Below, piece by piece: positions 47,975 to 57,889 of a DNA stretch of 64,000 bases. The position numbers were made by a program, and so were the translations under genes. The notes beneath the pieces were generated by a model, which was given only the letters and a program-made list of their open reading frames with translations, had not been told where the DNA came from and made no database searches. Source of the stretch: Acidimicrobiales bacterium (GTDB taxonomy: Bacteria; Actinomycetota; Acidimicrobiia; Acidimicrobiales; Acidimicrobilacustridaceae); assembly GCA_030830565.1 (NCBI GenBank), contig JAURMR010000042.1, positions 34,072-98,071 of the forward strand, in the 5' to 3' direction. Position 1 is the first letter of the stretch, and every line of letters starts with the position of its first letter.

Positions 47975-48523
47975 ATGGCGTTTCTCACCGCAGGCGAATC
48001 TGTTGAACGCATGGCCGCCTATTGCCGCGTTGAGCAGATGCTCTTCGGTCTTCTGGGCAGCTGGTCGGTAGAAGTTGAAGTGCCTGCGGCGAAGCTCGCA
48101 CTCCTCACCGCAGCTGATCACAGTGCGTGGCGGGCGAAGCGTTGGTTCGAGATGTTGCCCACAGCCCCACCCGGGCCTGACGCGTTTCTGACACCGACTT
48201 CTGTTGAACGCGACGTCTTCGCACTTGTGGCCGATCTCGTCGGTACGTCTCAGGGCGCACGCATGGTCGTCACCTATAACCACCTCCTTCCCGGCCTTCG
48301 AGATGCCATGAGTTCGCATCTCGAAGCGACCACTGCAGTTGCCGATGGCCCTGTTCGGCGCCTTTTGCGGATTGCTCTCACCGATATCTCGACTGATCTC
48401 GGCGACGGCGTCGGTCCGATGGAACTGGTGCTCGCTTCGGGACAGGAGCGGGCCTCGGCCGAAAGGATCGGGGCGGAATTGGCCGACGCCGAGGCGCGAA
48501 TCGGCCACATTTTCCGAGCCTGA
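47975..48523 (+). CDS. Hypothetical all-helical protein, possibly ferritin-like
   Basis: 182-aa ORF filling the gap; TAACCT 6 nt before ATG. Confidence 0.65.
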   Translation: MAFLTAGESVERMAAYCRVEQMLFGLLGSWSVEVEVPAAKLALLTAADHSAWRAKRWFEMLPTAPPGPDAFLTPTSVERDVFALVADLVGTSQGARMVVTYNHLLPGLRDAMSSHLEATTAVADGPVRRLLRIALTDISTDLGDGVGPMELVLASGQERASAERIGAELADAEARIGHIFRA

Positions 48524-48643
48524 CGACTCTTTCGCGGCCAATCGGGGTCCGCTTGGTTGGGGGGCTTGACCGGACCGGTATCGTTGACACACCCCGGCGG
48601 CCCCCATGGCCGAGTCTCCGGGCCGAAGTCCCGAGGTGTGGCA

Positions 48644-49579
48644 GTGGCAAAGGAACGTGTTGAACGCGACGAAGAGGATCTCGTTCGTCTCTATCTCACT
48701 GACATTGGCCAGTACCCGCTGCTCACAAAGGACGATGAAGTTCGTCTGGCGCAGGCCATCGAAGGCGGTGTCGCGGCTCGTGCCGAGATGGACGCTGCCA
48801 AGACCCTCACCGTTGCTCGTAAGCGTGAACTGAAGCGTTCGATCAAACAGGGTGACGATGCCGAGCGCACGTTTGTGCAGTCCAACCTTCGTCTTGTCGT
48901 CTCAATCGCAAAGAAGTACCAAGCCTCTGGTCTTCCGCTTCTCGATCTCATTCAAGAAGGCAACCTCGGTCTTATGCATGCCGTCGAAAAGTTCGACTGG
49001 CGCAAGGGCTTCAAGTTCTCGACCTATGCAACGTGGTGGATCCGTCAGGCCATCACTCGCGGTATCGCAAATACCGGTCGCACCATTCGTCTCCCAGTTC
49101 ACGCTGGCGACACGCTCGCTCGTTTGCAGAAAGCGCGTGCGCGTCTTGAACTGAAGCTTGGCCGCCCTGCGACTCTCGCCGAGCTTTCGGCCGAAGTCGA
49201 AATGCCGGAAGACAAGGTCACCGAAGCACTTCGTTTCGCGGCCGAACCGCTCTCGCTTTCTGAGCCGCTGCGTGAAGATGGCGATGCCGAACTCGGCGAC
49301 GTTGTCGAAGACCGTTCTGCTGAGTCCCCGTTTGAAGTTGCCGCTACTGCACTTCTTCCCGAGGAAATCAGCCGCCTTCTTTCTCCGCTTGACGAACGCG
49401 AGCGCGAGATCCTCAAGCTTCGTTTTGGTCTTGACCGAGGCGAACCTCGCACGCTTGAAGAGGTTGGCGAACACTTCAACCTCACTCGTGAACGCATTCG
49501 TCAGATCGAAGCTCGTGCAATGTCGAAGCTTCGTCACCCATCGTCAGACACCGGCGCACGCGACCTGCTCGCCGTCTGA
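48644..49579 (+). CDS. RpoD/SigA-family sigma-70 factor lacking region 1.1 (SigB/Hrd-like)
   Basis: DLVRLYL, SNLRLVVSIAK, DLIQEGNLGL, KFSTYATWWIRQ, TRERIRQIE; RBS GAGGTG. Confidence 0.93.
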   Translation: MAKERVERDEEDLVRLYLTDIGQYPLLTKDDEVRLAQAIEGGVAARAEMDAAKTLTVARKRELKRSIKQGDDAERTFVQSNLRLVVSIAKKYQASGLPLLDLIQEGNLGLMHAVEKFDWRKGFKFSTYATWWIRQAITRGIANTGRTIRLPVHAGDTLARLQKARARLELKLGRPATLAELSAEVEMPEDKVTEALRFAAEPLSLSEPLREDGDAELGDVVEDRSAESPFEVAATALLPEEISRLLSPLDEREREILKLRFGLDRGEPRTLEEVGEHFNLTRERIRQIEARAMSKLRHPSSDTGARDLLAV

Positions 49580-49603
49580 TCGTTTCGCGGAGCTGCCGCG
49601 GCC

Positions 49604-50224
49604 ATGGTCAATCAATACGACGACGACCCCGACGCTGAAGTTCCCTCATCGGGTATACCCCCGGCTCCCTCGGTGACGCCAGGGCCCAATCCGCCGCCGC
49701 CGGCCTCGGCGACTGAAGATGGGTCCGATCAGCGTGGCTGCGTTGCAGTGCTGATCGTCGGCGCAGTTTTGGCGATCATTGCGCTGCTGCTCGCCATTGT
49801 GTTGGTGGTCATCGGCCTTCGGATTTTTGGAACGTCTGATGAGAGCGCCAACGCCAAAATCCTCCAAGAGGTGTTTGTAGAAACCGGCATCGCGACCGCG
49901 AGCCGCGACGCTGTTCATCCGCCGCAGCGGGACATTCATCTCGGTGCGTGCGAAAGCGATGGCGGCGATGGCGTCAAGGCGTCTGGAACCCTCACGAACT
50001 GGACCAACGAGTCCGCTGATTACGCGATCGACGTCTCGTTCCGCACAAGCGGTCCCGGCAGCACAGGCGAGGAATTCGCGGCCAGCTCGGTGACCTTGAA
50101 ATCGGTCCCCGAACACGCCACAACCAATTGGGCAGCCATTGCTCCCCGCCCAGCTGAAGGCGCCTATGCGTGCCGGGTGGTTGCGGTGAACCGCTGGCCT
50201 TCAGGTACCGCCCCGCCGTCCTGA
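49604..50224 (+). CDS. Hypothetical single-TM protein with Pro-rich N-terminus and beta-rich extracellular domain
   Basis: One long hydrophobic helix; two Cys in the C-terminal domain. Confidence 0.7.
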   Translation: MVNQYDDDPDAEVPSSGIPPAPSVTPGPNPPPPASATEDGSDQRGCVAVLIVGAVLAIIALLLAIVLVVIGLRIFGTSDESANAKILQEVFVETGIATASRDAVHPPQRDIHLGACESDGGDGVKASGTLTNWTNESADYAIDVSFRTSGPGSTGEEFAASSVTLKSVPEHATTNWAAIAPRPAEGAYACRVVAVNRWPSGTAPPS

Positions 50225-50278
50225 GTGCACCGAACTCGCAATGGAATCGGAGAGAGGCCCCGTTCTAGAGTGACCGGC

Positions 50279-50353
50279 ATGAAGAAGCTTCTCGTCCTCA
50301 TCGTCGTTGTTGTCCTCGCCGCCTTTGCGGTGAAGAAGCTCCAAGACGCCTGA
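50279..50353 (+). CDS. 24-aa micro membrane peptide MKKLLVLIVVVVLAAFAVKKLQDA
   Basis: TAGAGT 7 nt before ATG; host-like codons; KK-hydrophobic-KK layout. Confidence 0.6.
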   Translation: MKKLLVLIVVVVLAAFAVKKLQDA

Positions 50354-51155
50354 ATCCCTCTGACCTCGGCGTTGATCGTCGGGTCAGAACCCACCACCCG
50401 AGGAATAGTCCAGCGGACACCCCGGTGGCGATCGCCGCGCCTGTTGCGATGCGACCAGGCGGCGGCAGCGTGACGCGTTCGCGTAATGGAACGCGATGAG
50501 TGAAGGTGAGTATCGGCCATCCTTCGGCCGCCGCGAGACGTGACAGTTCGCGATCGGGATTTACCGCGACCGGATGGCCAACGGCGCGGAGCATGGGTTC
50601 GTCAGTCGCGGAGTCGGAATAGGCCCAACTCTTTTCCAGATCAATGTTTCGCGTCGCTGCGACATCGGCGATGGCTTCGGCTTTGTACGGGCCATAGGCG
50701 TAGACATCGACTTCGCCCGTGTAGTTGCCGTCTTCGTCGATGCGCGCGCGACTAGCGATCGCTCCATCGGCGCCGAGATACGAGGCAAGCGGAATCACGA
50801 TCTCTTCCGGTGAAGCCGAGACGATGAAGACGAGTCGACCTGCGTCGCGATGTTCTTGGATGAGGGCGAGTGCTTCGTCGAACACGATGGGGTCGATGAC
50901 ATCGGTGAGTGTGTCTCGAACGAGTGAGCCAACTGCGGCGTGATCCCAGCCGCGGGTGATGCGAAGTGCTGACTCTCGGAACTTGCGCATCCGTTCTTCG
51001 TCAGCGCCGAGGGTATGGAAAACAAGTCCATTCCACGCAGCACGTGCCATGACTCGGCGGTTAATCATTCCGGCCTGACGGAAGGATTTTCCGAACGCAA
51101 TCATTGACGCGCGCGCAATGACCGTTTTATCAAGATCGAAAAATGCGGCTTCCAC
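50298..51155 (-). CDS. HAD-IB family hydrolase (Rv3661-like)
   Basis: AAFFDLDKT, VSAS, AYSDSATD, AVNPD; divergent from the tad locus. Confidence 0.92.
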   Translation of the reverse strand: MEAAFFDLDKTVIARASMIAFGKSFRQAGMINRRVMARAAWNGLVFHTLGADEERMRKFRESALRITRGWDHAAVGSLVRDTLTDVIDPIVFDEALALIQEHRDAGRLVFIVSASPEEIVIPLASYLGADGAIASRARIDEDGNYTGEVDVYAYGPYKAEAIADVAATRNIDLEKSWAYSDSATDEPMLRAVGHPVAVNPDRELSRLAAAEGWPILTFTHRVPLRERVTLPPPGRIATGAAIATGVSAGLFLGWWVLTRRSTPRSEGFRRLGASSPQRRRGQQRR

Positions 51156-51223
51156 GGCTTTGAGCATACGGGTGGGTATGGCCGAAACTGAGCCGACACG
51201 ATGGAGATAGGCACTCCTGACCC

Positions 51224-51252
51224 TTGACGTTGTTCATGTGGGTTCGTACCGT
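51224..51252 (+). promoter_or_regulatory. Housekeeping-type promoter of the tad operon
   Basis: TTGACG-N17-TACCGT. Confidence 0.7.
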
Positions 51253-51299
51253 GCGGTCACCTTCCCCTCGTTGAGTTCACTCGAGCAGGAGGGTGCATA

Positions 51300-51965
51300 G
51301 TGATTTCGTGTTGGTCGGCGAAAGGCGGATCGGGCACAACTGTGGTCGCTGTGGCATTGGCGATGATCTTGGGCCGCGATTGCGAACGGGGTTCGGTGCT
51401 GGTGGACCTCGAAGGCGATGTACCAACCGTGTGCGGAGTTCCTCAGCCCGATGGCCCTGGGATCACCGACTGGTTGGTTGCGTCGCCATCGGTTGGTGCT
51501 GCAGCGATTGAGCGGCTCGAACATCCGGTCGCAACTGGCGTCCGGCTGATTCCTTGTGGTCGTCGGTCTGTTGCGGGAGAGCAGCGCGTGCCTCTGTGCG
51601 CCGAGCACCTTGCCCGCGACGAACGACCGATCGTGGTTGATGTTGGTCGCGTGGCCTGGACTGGTGAGCCCGATGACCTCGTCCGGCGGCAATTCGTAGA
51701 AGCCGCGACAACATCGCTTCTTGTCACGCGACCGTGTTTCATTTCTTTGCGTAGAGCGCTCGCGATACCGATGCGGCCAACAGGTGTCGTGCTTATCGAG
51801 GAATCCGGGCGGGCCTTGGGTCGCACTGACGTCGAGGACGTTCTCGGCGTTCCAGTTGTGGCTGCGATCGACGTCGATGCCTCTGTTGCTCGCGCGGTCG
51901 ATGCCGGCCTATTTGCGAGCCGTCTACCGGCACCATTTGGGAGGGCGCTTCGTGATGTCGCCTGA
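51300..51965 (+). CDS. MinD/CpaE/Ssd-like ATPase (TadZ-like)
   Basis: Deviant Walker A SAKGGSGTT, LVDL, VVDVG; first gene of the tad operon. Confidence 0.82.
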   Translation: MISCWSAKGGSGTTVVAVALAMILGRDCERGSVLVDLEGDVPTVCGVPQPDGPGITDWLVASPSVGAAAIERLEHPVATGVRLIPCGRRSVAGEQRVPLCAEHLARDERPIVVDVGRVAWTGEPDDLVRRQFVEAATTSLLVTRPCFISLRRALAIPMRPTGVVLIEESGRALGRTDVEDVLGVPVVAAIDVDASVARAVDAGLFASRLPAPFGRALRDVA

Positions 51966-53136
51966 ATCACGCTCCCACGCCACGCTCGCGCCTCTTGTCG
52001 AGACCGTTCACCAACAGTTGCTCAACCATGGCCATACCGACGCGCAGTCAACTGCGAAATTGGTCGTCGGCCACGATCCGTTGCTTGATGATCAAGCGAT
52101 CGCCGAAGTCGTGAGTCTCGTCCATTCGCGAATTGGCGGGCTCGGCGTTCTTGATCCGTTCCTCGCCGACGGGACCGTCGACGAAGTCATGATCAACGGG
52201 ATGGGCGATCTCTGGGTGGAACGACACGGCCGTCTTGAGTGCACCGGGGTCATCGTTGACACCGCGACCTCCTACGCGCTGCTTGAACGAATCGTTGCGC
52301 CGCTGGGCCTTCGCATCGACCGAACATCGCCGTGGGTCGATGCGCGTCTTCCCGACGGTTCGCGGGTCAATGGCGTTGTTCCACCGCTTGCCGTCGATGG
52401 CCCATTGCTCACGATTCGGCGATTTGGGGCTCGACGCGTGCATCTTTCTGAAGCCTGCACTCCTGGTGTCGCCCGATTACTGGAATGGGCAGTGCAGGCA
52501 CGCTGCAACATCATCGTTAGTGGCGGAGCAGGTGCGGGAAAGACCACGTTGCTAAACGCAGTAGCGGGGTTCATCCCGTCCGACGAGCGTGTGATCACGA
52601 TTGAAGATGCAGCAGAACTTCGGTTGCCGGGTCGCCACGTGTTGCGCCTCGAAGCTCGGCCTGCGAATGCCGAGGGTGCAGGCGAAATTCCGATCCGAGA
52701 ACTTGTCCGCAATGCGTTGCGGATGCGGCCAGATCGGATCGTGGTTGGCGAGGTCCGGTCGGGCGAAGCCATCGACATGTTGCAGGCCATGAATACCGGC
52801 CACGACGGCTCGCTCTCTACGTGTCATGCCAATTCACCTGTCGACGCGATTCGACGGCTTGAGACGTTGGTGCTGATGGGCGACATTGCGTTACCGCTTG
52901 CTGCGGTGCGCGAACAACTGCGTGCAGCTATTGATCTCATCGTGCACGTTGCGCGACGTCCGGATGGTTCTCGTCGAGTCGTTTCCGTTGCTGAACCGCT
53001 TGCGGAAACTGAAACGGGCGATGTTGTTCGCGTGAATGTGCTCACAAGTCCAGAAGGTCGTTTGGTGGGGCTACCAACTCGTCCGGCCCGATCAGTTCAT
53101 GTCGGCGCACCCGCACAGAACTGGATCGACGCATGA
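51955..53136 (+). CDS. tadA: Tad pilus assembly ATPase CpaF/TadA
   Basis: GGAGAGKTT, IEDAAEL, LRMRPDRIVVGEVR, MNTGH. Confidence 0.95.
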   Translation: MSPESRSHATLAPLVETVHQQLLNHGHTDAQSTAKLVVGHDPLLDDQAIAEVVSLVHSRIGGLGVLDPFLADGTVDEVMINGMGDLWVERHGRLECTGVIVDTATSYALLERIVAPLGLRIDRTSPWVDARLPDGSRVNGVVPPLAVDGPLLTIRRFGARRVHLSEACTPGVARLLEWAVQARCNIIVSGGAGAGKTTLLNAVAGFIPSDERVITIEDAAELRLPGRHVLRLEARPANAEGAGEIPIRELVRNALRMRPDRIVVGEVRSGEAIDMLQAMNTGHDGSLSTCHANSPVDAIRRLETLVLMGDIALPLAAVREQLRAAIDLIVHVARRPDGSRRVVSVAEPLAETETGDVVRVNVLTSPEGRLVGLPTRPARSVHVGAPAQNWIDA

Positions 53137-53894
53137 ATCTCAGAGTTCTTCTTGTCGTCGCCATTTCCGTCGTTGCTGTCATTTCGACAATCGTCGCGAT
53201 AGCAACGGCGCCGGAAATGATCGCGGCACACCGCACCCACCAGCGTTTCGCGGCCCAATCAACCAGTGTTCGTGAATCGAAGGTCGTTCATATGACTCGC
53301 GGGTCGATCGCTCGTATTCTTTCGGCTCGGTCACTTCTCCCGGTGCATCGATTCATCGAACAACGGTCTCGTAGACGGGGCGATCTGAGGATTCCCGACG
53401 CGCTCGAACGAGTTGTACGGCAACTTCGTTCTGGTTCGACACTTCCACTCGCATTGCGCAATGTCGGAGCCGACGACACTGTCTTTGCTCGCATTTCCCG
53501 GGAATTGGGGCAGGGACGTTCGCTGGGTGACGCCGTGAACAACTGGCGTCAGGAAGATGAGCTGCCAAACCGACTGCTGACCGCTACTGCACTCGATCTT
53601 GCATCACGCACAGGTGGAGCATCCGCGAGAGTGCTCGATGGTGTTGCTGCATCGTTACGTGAACGAGTTGCGCTTGAGCGCGAGGTTGCAGCGCTTTCCT
53701 CTCAGTCAAGGGCATCGGCAGTCGTTCTCGTTCTTGCCCCTGTGGCGTTTGCTGCAGTTGCTGCGATGTTTGATCCTCGGATCCTGGACGTACTTGTGGG
53801 CCAACCAATTGGATGGGCATGCATGGGCCTAGGTCTGGGCCTTGATGCTCTTGGCGCGATCTGGATGGCGAAACTGATCGGGCGTCATCGGTGA
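53133..53894 (+). CDS. tadB: Tad pilus protein TadB (T2SS F domain)
   Basis: IPDALE...LRSG, GG, SQSRASA; position in operon. Confidence 0.85.
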   Translation: MNLRVLLVVAISVVAVISTIVAIATAPEMIAAHRTHQRFAAQSTSVRESKVVHMTRGSIARILSARSLLPVHRFIEQRSRRRGDLRIPDALERVVRQLRSGSTLPLALRNVGADDTVFARISRELGQGRSLGDAVNNWRQEDELPNRLLTATALDLASRTGGASARVLDGVAASLRERVALEREVAALSSQSRASAVVLVLAPVAFAAVAAMFDPRILDVLVGQPIGWACMGLGLGLDALGAIWMAKLIGRHR

Positions 53895-54430
53895 TCTTCG
53901 TTGGTCCGGCGCTTGGTTCGGCGCTCGCAATTGGAGCAACGCTCGTTCCTGTGGTGCGTCACCGATCCGAGTCAATAGCGACTGACGGTGCTCGCCGACA
54001 AAGCATTCCCGAACTGGTCGATTTGTTCCGCCTTGCAGTTGGCGCAGGACTCTCTGTTCACCAAGTTGTTGGCGTCGTTGAACCGCATGCGCCAGCGGTG
54101 TTCGCCTCGACACTTGCGGAAGTGCGCCGGCGGGTCTCTCTCGGTCAACGATTAGGCGATGCGCTTGATGCCTTCGATGAACTCGGTGAGCCGGCTCGTC
54201 CTCTTGCTTCTGCTTTGCGCGCAGCAGCGTTCGACGGTGTTGCGTTAGGTCCAGCGCTCGAACGAGTTGCAACCGATGCCCGGTTACAACGCCGACGCTG
54301 GGCGGAAATCAATGCGCGAAAACTTCCCGTGCAGTTGCTCTTTCCTTTGGTGACCTGCATTCTTCCCGCTTTTGGGCTCTTGGCGATCGTTCCACTTGTT
54401 GCGGGATCACTCAGTTCACTGCAGTGGTAA
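53891..54430 (+). CDS. tadC: Tad pilus protein TadC (short)
   Basis: PELVDL...AG, LFPLVTCILPAF. Confidence 0.85.
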   Translation: MIFVGPALGSALAIGATLVPVVRHRSESIATDGARRQSIPELVDLFRLAVGAGLSVHQVVGVVEPHAPAVFASTLAEVRRRVSLGQRLGDALDAFDELGEPARPLASALRAAAFDGVALGPALERVATDARLQRRRWAEINARKLPVQLLFPLVTCILPAFGLLAIVPLVAGSLSSLQW

Positions 54431-54475
54431 CGACCTGACTTCCCCCTCCGAAGTTTTGACCTCGAAGGAGTTTGT

Positions 54476-54724
54476 ATGAGCCGTTTCATTCGTCGCAGTC
54501 GACACGCACTTCATCGTCGTGCTGTTGCCTGTCTTGAACAGTTGCAAGCATCAGGAGGCGAGCGTCTCACAGACGATCGCGGACAAACCACAGCGGAATA
54601 TGCACTGGTACTTCTCGGCGCTGCCGGAATTGCCTTGTTGCTACTCGGCTGGGCAACACAATCCGGAGCCATTGGGACCTTGTTCGATGCAGTGCTTGGT
54701 GGCGTCATCGGCAAGGTCAAGTGA
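54476..54724 (+). CDS. flp: Flp pilin (DUF4244-like)
   Basis: Prepilin motif DRG/QTTAEYALV followed by a hydrophobic helix. Confidence 0.87.
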   Translation: MSRFIRRSRHALHRRAVACLEQLQASGGERLTDDRGQTTAEYALVLLGAAGIALLLLGWATQSGAIGTLFDAVLGGVIGKVK

Positions 54725-55122
54725 TGACAACGAGGAGGGGGGACCACGGACAATCCACCGTTGAGTTCGCGCTGGTCCTCCCCCTCGTTGTGCTCGTAGC
54801 GATGTTCATCGTGCAAGCAGGACTCGTCGTGCGTGATCAGGTACTCGTGACACACGCTGCTCGTGAAGCAGCACGAGCGGCAGCGGTGAGCGATGCCGAT
54901 CGGCCGGAAGCGGCGTTGCGGGCCGCTCGTCAGGCCGGGGAACTCGAAGAGGATCGCCTTGGTGTCACGGTTTCGATGCTCGAAGGCGATTCTTCAGTTC
55001 GAGTGGTGGTCTCCTACCGGAGCCTGACCGACCTCGCAATTGTCGGAGCACTCGTGCCCGATCTCACTCTCGACGCATCGGTGGTGATGCAGGTGGAATC
55101 AGAACGAGAGCATCGCCCGTAA
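54721..55122 (+). CDS. tadE: TadE-family pseudopilin
   Basis: G/QSTVEFALVLP, AAREAAR. Confidence 0.88.
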   Translation: MMTTRRGDHGQSTVEFALVLPLVVLVAMFIVQAGLVVRDQVLVTHAAREAARAAAVSDADRPEAALRAARQAGELEEDRLGVTVSMLEGDSSVRVVVSYRSLTDLAIVGALVPDLTLDASVVMQVESEREHRP

Positions 55123-57384
55123 CAACTCGATTGCTGCTGCCTTATCGAGCGGTTCGTTGCCATTGCCGCACTTTGGAGACTGAATGCACGATGGACAACC
55201 GGCCTCGCATTCACAACCCTCGATGACTTCGAGGGTGGCGTGAAGATGGCGGTCTGCGGCAGCAAACCCGAGTTCAGCAAGACCCGCTCCACCGGGATAC
55301 GCGTCGTGAATCACGATCGTCGCAGCACCAGTTTCGGCGAGATACGGCGTCGAGACGCCACCCACATCCCAGCGATCGCAAATAGCGAATAAGGGAAGGA
55401 TGCCGATCCCTGCGTGTTCGGCAGCATGCAACGCGCCCGGGAGTTCGGCGTGGCCAACACCAGCAGCACTCGCGATGTGATCGTCGATGATGTACCAAAA
55501 CGCGCGAGTTACTATACGGGAAGAGGGCAGATCAAGTTCGTGCATCCCCAACTGCTCGCGAGTGAAGGTATCGAACCTTCGATAGCCGATGACCGTGGTT
55601 TCAACCTCGACGGTGCCGAGGCACACGATGGCACTCCCGATATCACGTTCCTCATCAGTCTGGAGAATGCGGATATCGGTGACCGCTCGAGGTTGGGTGT
55701 ACTCGCCACCATCGTGCGGTTCGACGAGTGCGACGTGATCTTCGAGGTCGAGTTCGCTCACGCGCCACGCAGTGCCCTGATGCAAATAAATCGAACCTGG
55801 ATGCACAAGTCGGAATGCACGTGCGCCATCGACCGTACCGATCAACGAACCATCGGTAGTTGCGATACGAAACTCGTTGGCATTGGCGCTGCGTAAGCCA
55901 ACTCCACTGGCCGGTCGGCCTCGGCCGCTCCAGACGGCACCAAGTCCGGCTCGGGTAGTCGGCGGGCGAATCTTCAGCAGATCGTCCTGCACGAGATCAC
56001 GGATCGCATCGTCGAGAACATCGGGCCACCACGCTTCGTCGGCATCGGTGAGTGGAAGCTCGAACGCCGCGCAGGCCAAATGCGGATAGAGCACATAGGG
56101 GTTGTTCGTGTTGACGACTGCAGGTTCAGGTGAACGCTGAAAAAGTTCAGTCGGATTGTGCACGAACCATTGATCGAGTTGGTCATCACCGGCAACGAGA
56201 ACCGCGAGCGATTGCTGCGACTCGCGACCGGCGCGTCCTGCCTGTTGCCACATCGAGGCAATCGTCCCAGGGAATCCGTTGAGGATGCATGCATCAAGGC
56301 CACCGACATCGATACCGAGTTCAAGCGCCGTTGTTGCAACAACGCCACGAAGGGTTCCATCGAACAGTTCTTTCTCAATTTCTCGGCGCTCTGATGTGAG
56401 GTACCCGCCGCGGTAGGAACGAACGCTCGGCGCGAGGCGCTTGGTGAGTCGACGCTGCACGTCAGCAGTTACCAGTTCGGTCCCCTTGCGACTGCGACAG
56501 AACGCAATTGTTCGGTGCTCGTCCTTGACGAGCGCGCTCATGAGCTCGGCTGTGTCGCGAGAAGACGACACTAATTTCGGTTCTTCCTCGGAACCATCGT
56601 TGATGCCATCGGGATCCCAAAGAACGAACAGTCGCTCGCCGCGTGGGGACCCATCGTTGATCACCGCCTCGACGGGCAGCCCACAAAGAGTTGATGCAAG
56701 AACTGAGGGATCGCCGATGGTCGCCGAAGTGAAGATGAAGACGGGGTCTGAGCCGTAATGCGCACAGATGCGGCGCAGACGACGTAGTACTTGCGCCACG
56801 TTGCTGCCAAACATTCCGCGCAACATGTGCAACTCGTCAATGACGACATAGCGGAGTCGTTTGAAATAGGTGCCCCAGTTGGCATGCACGGGGAGCATGC
56901 TCATGTGAAGCATCTCAGGATTGGAGAGCAACACATTGGCGTGAGTTCGCGTCCATTTGCGTTCCTCTGAAGAGGAATCGCCATCGTGCGTCGCAGCGAT
57001 GAGACCGGGAACGTTCAGTGCGGTGAGCGAACGGAGTTGATCCTGGGCGAGCGCTTTGGTGGGGAAGAGTAGAAGTGCAGTTGCCGGTAACGGACCCGCA
57101 GCGATGGCTTCGGCAATAGGCAACTGGAAGCAAAGCGACTTTCCCGATGCTGTCCCGGTGGCGATCGCAACTGATCGGCCCGCTCTCGCGTGATTGATTG
57201 CTTCGGCTTGGTGCGACCACAACCCCTGCGCGGGAATGAGATCGCCGATGGCATCGGGAAGTGGTTCGTCGAGCGATGCGAATTTTGCGCTGCGTTCCGG
57301 CGAACGTTCGACGTGGACGACACGCGGGTCGGTGCTGAGCGCAGCGACAAAGGCGTCAAGAGTTGGGGGAGTGCGCCGGGCCAT
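55099..57384 (-). CDS. DEAH-box helicase with C-terminal DUF1998 (Hrq1/SftH/MrfA family)
   Basis: TGTASGKS, DELH, SAT, QQAGRAGR, CECEAGCPSC. Confidence 0.93.
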   Translation of the reverse strand: MARRTPPTLDAFVAALSTDPRVVHVERSPERSAKFASLDEPLPDAIGDLIPAQGLWSHQAEAINHARAGRSVAIATGTASGKSLCFQLPIAEAIAAGPLPATALLLFPTKALAQDQLRSLTALNVPGLIAATHDGDSSSEERKWTRTHANVLLSNPEMLHMSMLPVHANWGTYFKRLRYVVIDELHMLRGMFGSNVAQVLRRLRRICAHYGSDPVFIFTSATIGDPSVLASTLCGLPVEAVINDGSPRGERLFVLWDPDGINDGSEEEPKLVSSSRDTAELMSALVKDEHRTIAFCRSRKGTELVTADVQRRLTKRLAPSVRSYRGGYLTSERREIEKELFDGTLRGVVATTALELGIDVGGLDACILNGFPGTIASMWQQAGRAGRESQQSLAVLVAGDDQLDQWFVHNPTELFQRSPEPAVVNTNNPYVLYPHLACAAFELPLTDADEAWWPDVLDDAIRDLVQDDLLKIRPPTTRAGLGAVWSGRGRPASGVGLRSANANEFRIATTDGSLIGTVDGARAFRLVHPGSIYLHQGTAWRVSELDLEDHVALVEPHDGGEYTQPRAVTDIRILQTDEERDIGSAIVCLGTVEVETTVIGYRRFDTFTREQLGMHELDLPSSRIVTRAFWYIIDDHIASAAGVGHAELPGALHAAEHAGIGILPLFAICDRWDVGGVSTPYLAETGAATIVIHDAYPGGAGLAELGFAAADRHLHATLEVIEGCECEAGCPSCIQSPKCGNGNEPLDKAAAIELLRAMLSF

Positions 57385-57447
57385 TGCGCTGATCGTATGA
57401 CCGGTAGCCTCGGTTGCATCGGCCTCGAAGGGCCTTGCTCTCACCGA

Positions 57448-57819
57448 ATGGACGCTCGGGTGATTTTTCAACTTGTGGTTGCGGAACCAATGAATGGTGT
57501 CGTGGTGATTTCGATCATCGGCGAGCTCGACATGGCCAATGCGCCGCGTCTGCGGACCGAACTCGTGAGGATCATCGCCGCCGAAGTCACGCCACTTGTC
57601 GTTCTCGACCTCGCCGGGGTCGATCTTCTTGATGCGACCGGACTTGGCGTGATTTTCGACGGGGTCAAGCGGTCTCGGCTCGGCGGAGGGGATCTGGCTT
57701 TGGCTCGAGCCGAACCGCAGGTCCAGCGAGACCTTGATCTTATGAGAGTGAGCGAAATTCTCCCGTTGTACGAGTCGGTTGACGACGCCATCCAGGCCCT
57801 TCAGTTCGGACGCCCCTGA
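57448..57819 (+). CDS. STAS-domain anti-sigma factor antagonist (BldG-like)
   Basis: GELDMANAPRLR, LDLAGVDLLDATGLG; divergent from the helicase. Confidence 0.87.
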   Translation: MDARVIFQLVVAEPMNGVVVISIIGELDMANAPRLRTELVRIIAAEVTPLVVLDLAGVDLLDATGLGVIFDGVKRSRLGGGDLALARAEPQVQRDLDLMRVSEILPLYESVDDAIQALQFGRP

Positions 57820-57889
57820 ACCTCTTGATGTAATACAGACGTCACATTCGGGAAACCGGGTGATGATCTGGTCCGAATAGACATCCGGT

